Origin: Ectothiorhodospiraceae bacterium | Lineage (GTDB): Bacteria > Pseudomonadota > Gammaproteobacteria > Thiohalomonadales > Thiohalomonadaceae | Assembly: GCA_041641735.1 (NCBI GenBank) | Contig: JBEPXU010000001.1 | Span: forward strand, 1 to 30,659 | Direction: 5' to 3' | Length of the DNA stretch: 30,659 bases | In this document: piece after piece, positions 26,752 to 30,659 of the stretch | Numbering within the stretch: position 1 is the first letter of the stretch | How the letters are laid out: the number at the start of each line of letters is the position of its first letter | The notes under the pieces: model-generated | Told to the model about the DNA's origin: nothing | The model's input: the letters and a program-made list of their open reading frames with translations, nothing else | Database searches by the model: none | Position numbers and translations under genes: made by a program

Positions 26752-29387
26752 TCCAGGCTCTTGCTGACCACCTCATAGACATCCTTCGAACACTTCCCGC
26801 TACCCAGAATACGCTCTAGTTCTCCGCGCATCTTTTCCTGACGCGAGAGGTCATAGCGATGCCATTGAGTCAGTGGCGTTAGCAAGCGTGCCGCCACCTG
26901 CGGATTAAGCTGATCCAGTTCCATAATAAAGCTGGCGAGGAACGTATACCCCTTGCCGTCGACACGGTGAAAAGCGACCGGATTGCGCATACCGAACGCA
27001 CCTATCAGCGAACGCACACGATTCGGGTTCCGAATATGAAAATCGGCATGCTCAACCAGTGCGGCCACCGTCTCATAGGTGGCTTCAAACGGTGAGCTCG
27101 CCTGAATGGCGAACCACTTGTCGAGCACCAGGTTGTCATCCTTCCAGCGATGATAGAAATCTTCCAGCACGGCTGTTGCCGCCTCGTGTCCGGTATGAGT
27201 CAGTGCGCTCATGGCGGCCAGCCCGTCGGTCATGTTATCCGCTTCGTGGTACTGGGCAAGACACTGCTCCACCACCGCATCATCATCAAGCAGCATCAGG
27301 TAGTTGAGGCACTGATTACGGAGGCGACGGCGCCCCATGGAGGCGGCATCGACACGGTAGGGCCCGCTGCTGTCGCACTTGTCATAGATCTTTTGCAACA
27401 CCGCCCGGTGCTCCTGGGCCAGTTCGCTACGAATACCAAGATGGACCTTATGTAAAAGCTGCGGATCGACCTTGTCAATAAACTCCGCGACATAGGACTC
27501 CGCCGGCAGGCTGATCGCCTCGGCAATCAGCGCCTGATCCAGCGAGGGATCTGTCAGGTTTCGGGCGAAGGCAGCCGAAAGTCCGGCGTGCACGCCACCG
27601 TTTTCTCCCTTTTGTGCAGAAGCGTACTGGTTTAACAGAACACGTAGCGCCAGTTGCTGGCCCGCCTCACGGCGATTGAAGGGATCGTTGTCATGCCCCA
27701 TGAGGAAGGCCAGTTCCTCGTCGCTGTAGTCGGTTTTCAGTTTCACTGGCGCGGAGAAGTTGCGAAGCAGCGAGGGCACGGTGCCGGGCGATACATCGGT
27801 AAAGGTGAAGGATTGTTCAGGCTGCCCCAGCAACAGGATACGTTCCGTACCGGATGCATCGGACTCTCCCTCAAGTCGCAGCGGCAGTGCGGTGCCGTGC
27901 TCGTCCAGCAGCGCGGTCTTCACAGGGATCGGCATCGGTTGCTTCTCCGGCTGCCCCGGTGTGGGCGGTGTGTGCTGGCGCATATGCAACGTGAGCGCAC
28001 GGTTGCCCGCATGGTACTCACGGCGAACCTCAACATGGGGTGTTCCCGCCTGACGGTACCAGTTGAGGAACGAAGTCAGGTCGTAGTCGTTGGCATCGGC
28101 CATCGCCTGGACGAAATCCTCACAGGTGACCGCCTGGCCGTCGTGGCGCTCGAAATAAAGATCGCTGCCCTTGCGAAAGCACTTGGCCCCCAACAGGGTA
28201 TGCAGCATGCGGATCAGCTCGGCGCCCTTTTCATACACGGTCAGGGTGTAGAAGTTGTTGATCTCCACATAGGAGTCGGGGCGCACCGGGTGGGCCATGG
28301 GGCCGGCGTCCTCGGCGAACTGGTGGGTTCGCAGCATGGTCACATCGTCGATGCGCTGCACCGCCGGCGAGTTCATATCGGCGGAAAACTGCTGGTCGCG
28401 AAAGACGGTAAATCCCTCTTTCAGGCTGAGCTGGAACCAGTCACGGCAGGTAACGCGGTTGCCCGACCAGTTGTGGAAATACTCATGGGCGATCACGCTC
28501 TCGATGCCGTAGAAATCGGTGTCGGTGGCGGTCTCCTGCTTGGCCAGTACGAAGCGGGAGTTGAAAATGTTCAGCCCCTTGTTCTCCATCGCCCCCATAT
28601 TGAAGTCGTCCACCGCGACGATCATGTAGATGTCGAGGTCGTATTCGCGGCCAAAGGTCTGCTCGTCCCAGGCCATCGCCTTCTTCAGCGAGGCCATGGC
28701 GTGTGCGGTCTTGTCCTCGTTGCCGTGCTGCACGAAAAGCTGCAGTTTCACCTCACGACCACTCATGGTGGTAAAGCTGTCATCGATGCAGGCGAGATCC
28801 CCCGCCACCAACGCAAACAGGTAGCAGGGCTTGGGGTGCGGGTCGTGCCAGGTAACGAAATGCTTACCGCCGTCGAGTTCCCCTTGCTCCACCTGATTAC
28901 CGTTGGACAGCAGCACCGGATACTTCGCCTTGTCGGCGACGATGGTAGTGGTGAAGATCGTCATCACGTCGGGACGGTCTGGGTAGTAGGTAATCTTGCG
29001 AAAACCCTCCGCCTCGCACTGGGTGCAAAAGTTGCCGCTGGAGGTGTAGAGTCCCTCCAGTGCGGTATTGGCGGAGGGGTCGATACGGGTCACTACCTCC
29101 AGCTCGAAACGCTCCGGCGGACGATGCAGGGTCAGCGACTCCTCATCGACGGTGTACTCATCTTCACCGACCTCGTTACCATCGATACGCAGCGCCAACA
29201 GCTCCAGCTTCTGGCCGTTCAGCCTCAGCGGCTGCGCCGTCCCTGTTGCCTGCAACTGCATGCGGGCCGAGACCTCGGTGGCGGACTCATCCAGCGCAAA
29301 GTGCAGCTTGAGCGACTCTACGCTAAACGGTGGCGGGGTATAGTCCCTGAGATAGATGGGTTGCGGTACGGTTTCGGTATTCATCAT
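26748..29387 (-). CDS. pepN: Aminopeptidase N (M1 family)
   Basis: 879 aa. TQCEAEGFR, GAMENKG, HEYFH-x18-E (HEYFHNWSGNRVTCRDWFQLSLKEG), YTLTVYEKGAE and NPNRVRSL. Confidence 0.98.
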   Translation of the reverse strand: MMNTETVPQPIYLRDYTPPPFSVESLKLHFALDESATEVSARMQLQATGTAQPLRLNGQKLELLALRIDGNEVGEDEYTVDEESLTLHRPPERFELEVVTRIDPSANTALEGLYTSSGNFCTQCEAEGFRKITYYPDRPDVMTIFTTTIVADKAKYPVLLSNGNQVEQGELDGGKHFVTWHDPHPKPCYLFALVAGDLACIDDSFTTMSGREVKLQLFVQHGNEDKTAHAMASLKKAMAWDEQTFGREYDLDIYMIVAVDDFNMGAMENKGLNIFNSRFVLAKQETATDTDFYGIESVIAHEYFHNWSGNRVTCRDWFQLSLKEGFTVFRDQQFSADMNSPAVQRIDDVTMLRTHQFAEDAGPMAHPVRPDSYVEINNFYTLTVYEKGAELIRMLHTLLGAKCFRKGSDLYFERHDGQAVTCEDFVQAMADANDYDLTSFLNWYRQAGTPHVEVRREYHAGNRALTLHMRQHTPPTPGQPEKQPMPIPVKTALLDEHGTALPLRLEGESDASGTERILLLGQPEQSFTFTDVSPGTVPSLLRNFSAPVKLKTDYSDEELAFLMGHDNDPFNRREAGQQLALRVLLNQYASAQKGENGGVHAGLSAAFARNLTDPSLDQALIAEAISLPAESYVAEFIDKVDPQLLHKVHLGIRSELAQEHRAVLQKIYDKCDSSGPYRVDAASMGRRRLRNQCLNYLMLLDDDAVVEQCLAQYHEADNMTDGLAAMSALTHTGHEAATAVLEDFYHRWKDDNLVLDKWFAIQASSPFEATYETVAALVEHADFHIRNPNRVRSLIGAFGMRNPVAFHRVDGKGYTFLASFIMELDQLNPQVAARLLTPLTQWHRYDLSRQEKMRGELERILGSGKCSKDVYEVVSKSLD

Positions 29388-29420
29388 GGCAATCGGATTC
29401 GTTTGTCTCTTTCAGATAAT

Positions 29421-30164
29421 TCAGATGTGGGGTGCCCCCAAGGCAATTACCAGCAACGCGGTGCACTCCAGTAACTCCAGCAGGGCGCCGGCGATATCAC
29501 CGGTAAAGCCGTCAAGTCGCTGCAGCACCAGCTTGCGCACAACCAGCCACAGCAACACGGCGGCCAGCACAGCGGTAAAACCGACGATGGCCGGGGCTAT
29601 TATCAGCAATAATGCACTGACCATAGCGCCGCTGATGACAAGTTCTCTCGGAGCATGTTGCGACAGCGCCTCGCCGAGCCCCCCGGCGCGAACATAGGGG
29701 GTGGTTATAAAGAACACAGCAACACCGCTGCGGGCCAGTATCGGCACCAGCAACACTGCCTGCGATAACGCCTCGGCCGGGAGTGCGGCCAGTGCGGCGA
29801 ACTTGAGAAGAAGTACCAGCACCAGCGCGGTCACCCCGATCGGGCCGCTGCTCGGGTCCTTCATAATATCAAGAGTCCGTTTCCGGTCCCCCATACCGCC
29901 AACCCAGGCATCGGCGCTATCGGCCAGACCGTCCAGATGTAGCGCCCCGGTCAGCCCCACCCAAAGCACCAGCAGCACTGCCGCTGTCAGAAGCGGCGTT
30001 TGCCCTTCAAGCAATCCGTCGGCCAACCACAGCAGCAGACCGATCAGCAGTCCCACCAGCGGATACCAGGCCAGCGAACGACCGACACGTTCAGGGGAGT
30101 ACTCCCCTCCAGCCTTCACCGGCAGGCGGGTAAGAAACTGCAGCGCGATGAGAAAGGCCTGCAT
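29421..30164 (-). CDS. cobS: Adenosylcobinamide-GDP ribazoletransferase (cobalamin synthase)
   Basis: ALQFLTRLP, YPLVG, LTGALHLDGLADSADA, IMKDP..GPIG and GFTGDIAGA; multi-TM. Confidence 0.96.
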   Translation of the reverse strand: MQAFLIALQFLTRLPVKAGGEYSPERVGRSLAWYPLVGLLIGLLLWLADGLLEGQTPLLTAAVLLVLWVGLTGALHLDGLADSADAWVGGMGDRKRTLDIMKDPSSGPIGVTALVLVLLLKFAALAALPAEALSQAVLLVPILARSGVAVFFITTPYVRAGGLGEALSQHAPRELVISGAMVSALLLIIAPAIVGFTAVLAAVLLWLVVRKLVLQRLDGFTGDIAGALLELLECTALLVIALGAPHI

Positions 30165-30659
30165 TACGGCCCGGGGAAGACCAGTTGATGGAAGGCCTCT
30201 CCGTAGCGGCCGGTATCGATACGCACCCGCACGATGCTCGCGTTGCGCGGATCGAAACGGTAGAAGCTCTCCAGCGGCAGGCCCAGGGCATTGAGCAGCA
30301 GGATGCGCATCATCCCGGCGTGGCCCACCAGCAGGATGTGCTTGCCGGCGTTGCGCTCGATAAGCCCGTTCCAGGCGGTGACGATACGCTGCTGGAAGTC
30401 GCGCAACGGCTCGGCCCCGGCCGGGGTGTTGTTGATGGGGTCGCGCCAGAAAGCGGCGGTACCCTCCGGGTCAGCCTCCAGCAACTCTTTGGCGCTCTTG
30501 CCCTCCCAGTTGCCGAAACCGACCTCGCGAAACTGCGGCTCCAGCTCCAGTCCTATACCCAGCCTCTGCGAGACTTCGTGCGCGAATGCTGCACAGCGGC
30601 TGAGATCGGAGGAGACGATATGTTGCCACTCGTCACGACCGTCCACGGCATCGCGCATC
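30164..30659 (-). CDS. cobC: Histidine phosphatase family protein, probable alpha-ribazole-5'-phosphate phosphatase (5' end outside the window)
   Basis: SSDLSRC, FREVGFGNWEG and LLVGHAGMMR. TAATG overlap with cobS. Confidence 0.8.
   Translation of the reverse strand, partial: MRDAVDGRDEWQHIVSSDLSRCAAFAHEVSQRLGIGLELEPQFREVGFGNWEGKSAKELLEADPEGTAAFWRDPINNTPAGAEPLRDFQQRIVTAWNGLIERNAGKHILLVGHAGMMRILLLNALGLPLESFYRFDPRNASIVRVRIDTGRYGEAFHQLVFPGP

Noticed and set aside
27654-29474. 606-aa ORF on the plus strand
   Set aside because: Antisense shadow of pepN, an expected artefact of GC-rich codon bias; no recognisable motifs.
1-30659. CRISPR array, tRNA/rRNA, transposase, integrase or prophage
   Set aside because: No regularly spaced repeats, cloverleaf or rRNA-like segments, or recombinase and phage motifs were seen by eye. 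A formal scan was not possible.

Overview
A 30.7-kb window of gammaproteobacterial-type core chromosome, dominated by a corrinoid (vitamin B12) uptake and salvage system split into four or five blocks. The left end holds housekeeping genes: argE (partial), argA, an orphan dam methylase, ptsP-rppH and a divergent HAD hydrolase. A BtuCD-like ABC pair and an orphan ParA-like ATPase follow. Next is a full-length cobalamin riboswitch heading a tightly packed btuB-tonB-pduO-(btuF-like)-cobO operon. A ~6-kb unrelated block then interrupts the cob genes. It contains a stand-alone trpB without trpA, a DUF2322-like protein, a 126-bp REP/MITE-like inverted repeat, a ketopantoate-reductase-like Rossmann protein, a badly eroded DedA pseudogene, an OlsF-like fused acyltransferase with a candidate Pho box, and a small secreted Cys-rich protein. 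The cob genes resume with cbiB-cobD-btuF divergent from cobQ. The right end has an 87-aa hypothetical, ycgN, a CZB-PAS-GGDEF diguanylate cyclase, pepN, cobS and cobC (partial). I found no rRNA, tRNA, CRISPR array, transposase or integrase. All family assignments come from motif recognition by eye; no database searches were run. I see no clearly unprecedented multi-gene system. The most promising leads are the two-adenosyltransferase/two-binding-protein corrinoid operon, the orphan TrpB, the candidate PhoB-controlled aminolipid synthase, and the uncharacterised DUF2322/KPR-like pair with its repeat element.
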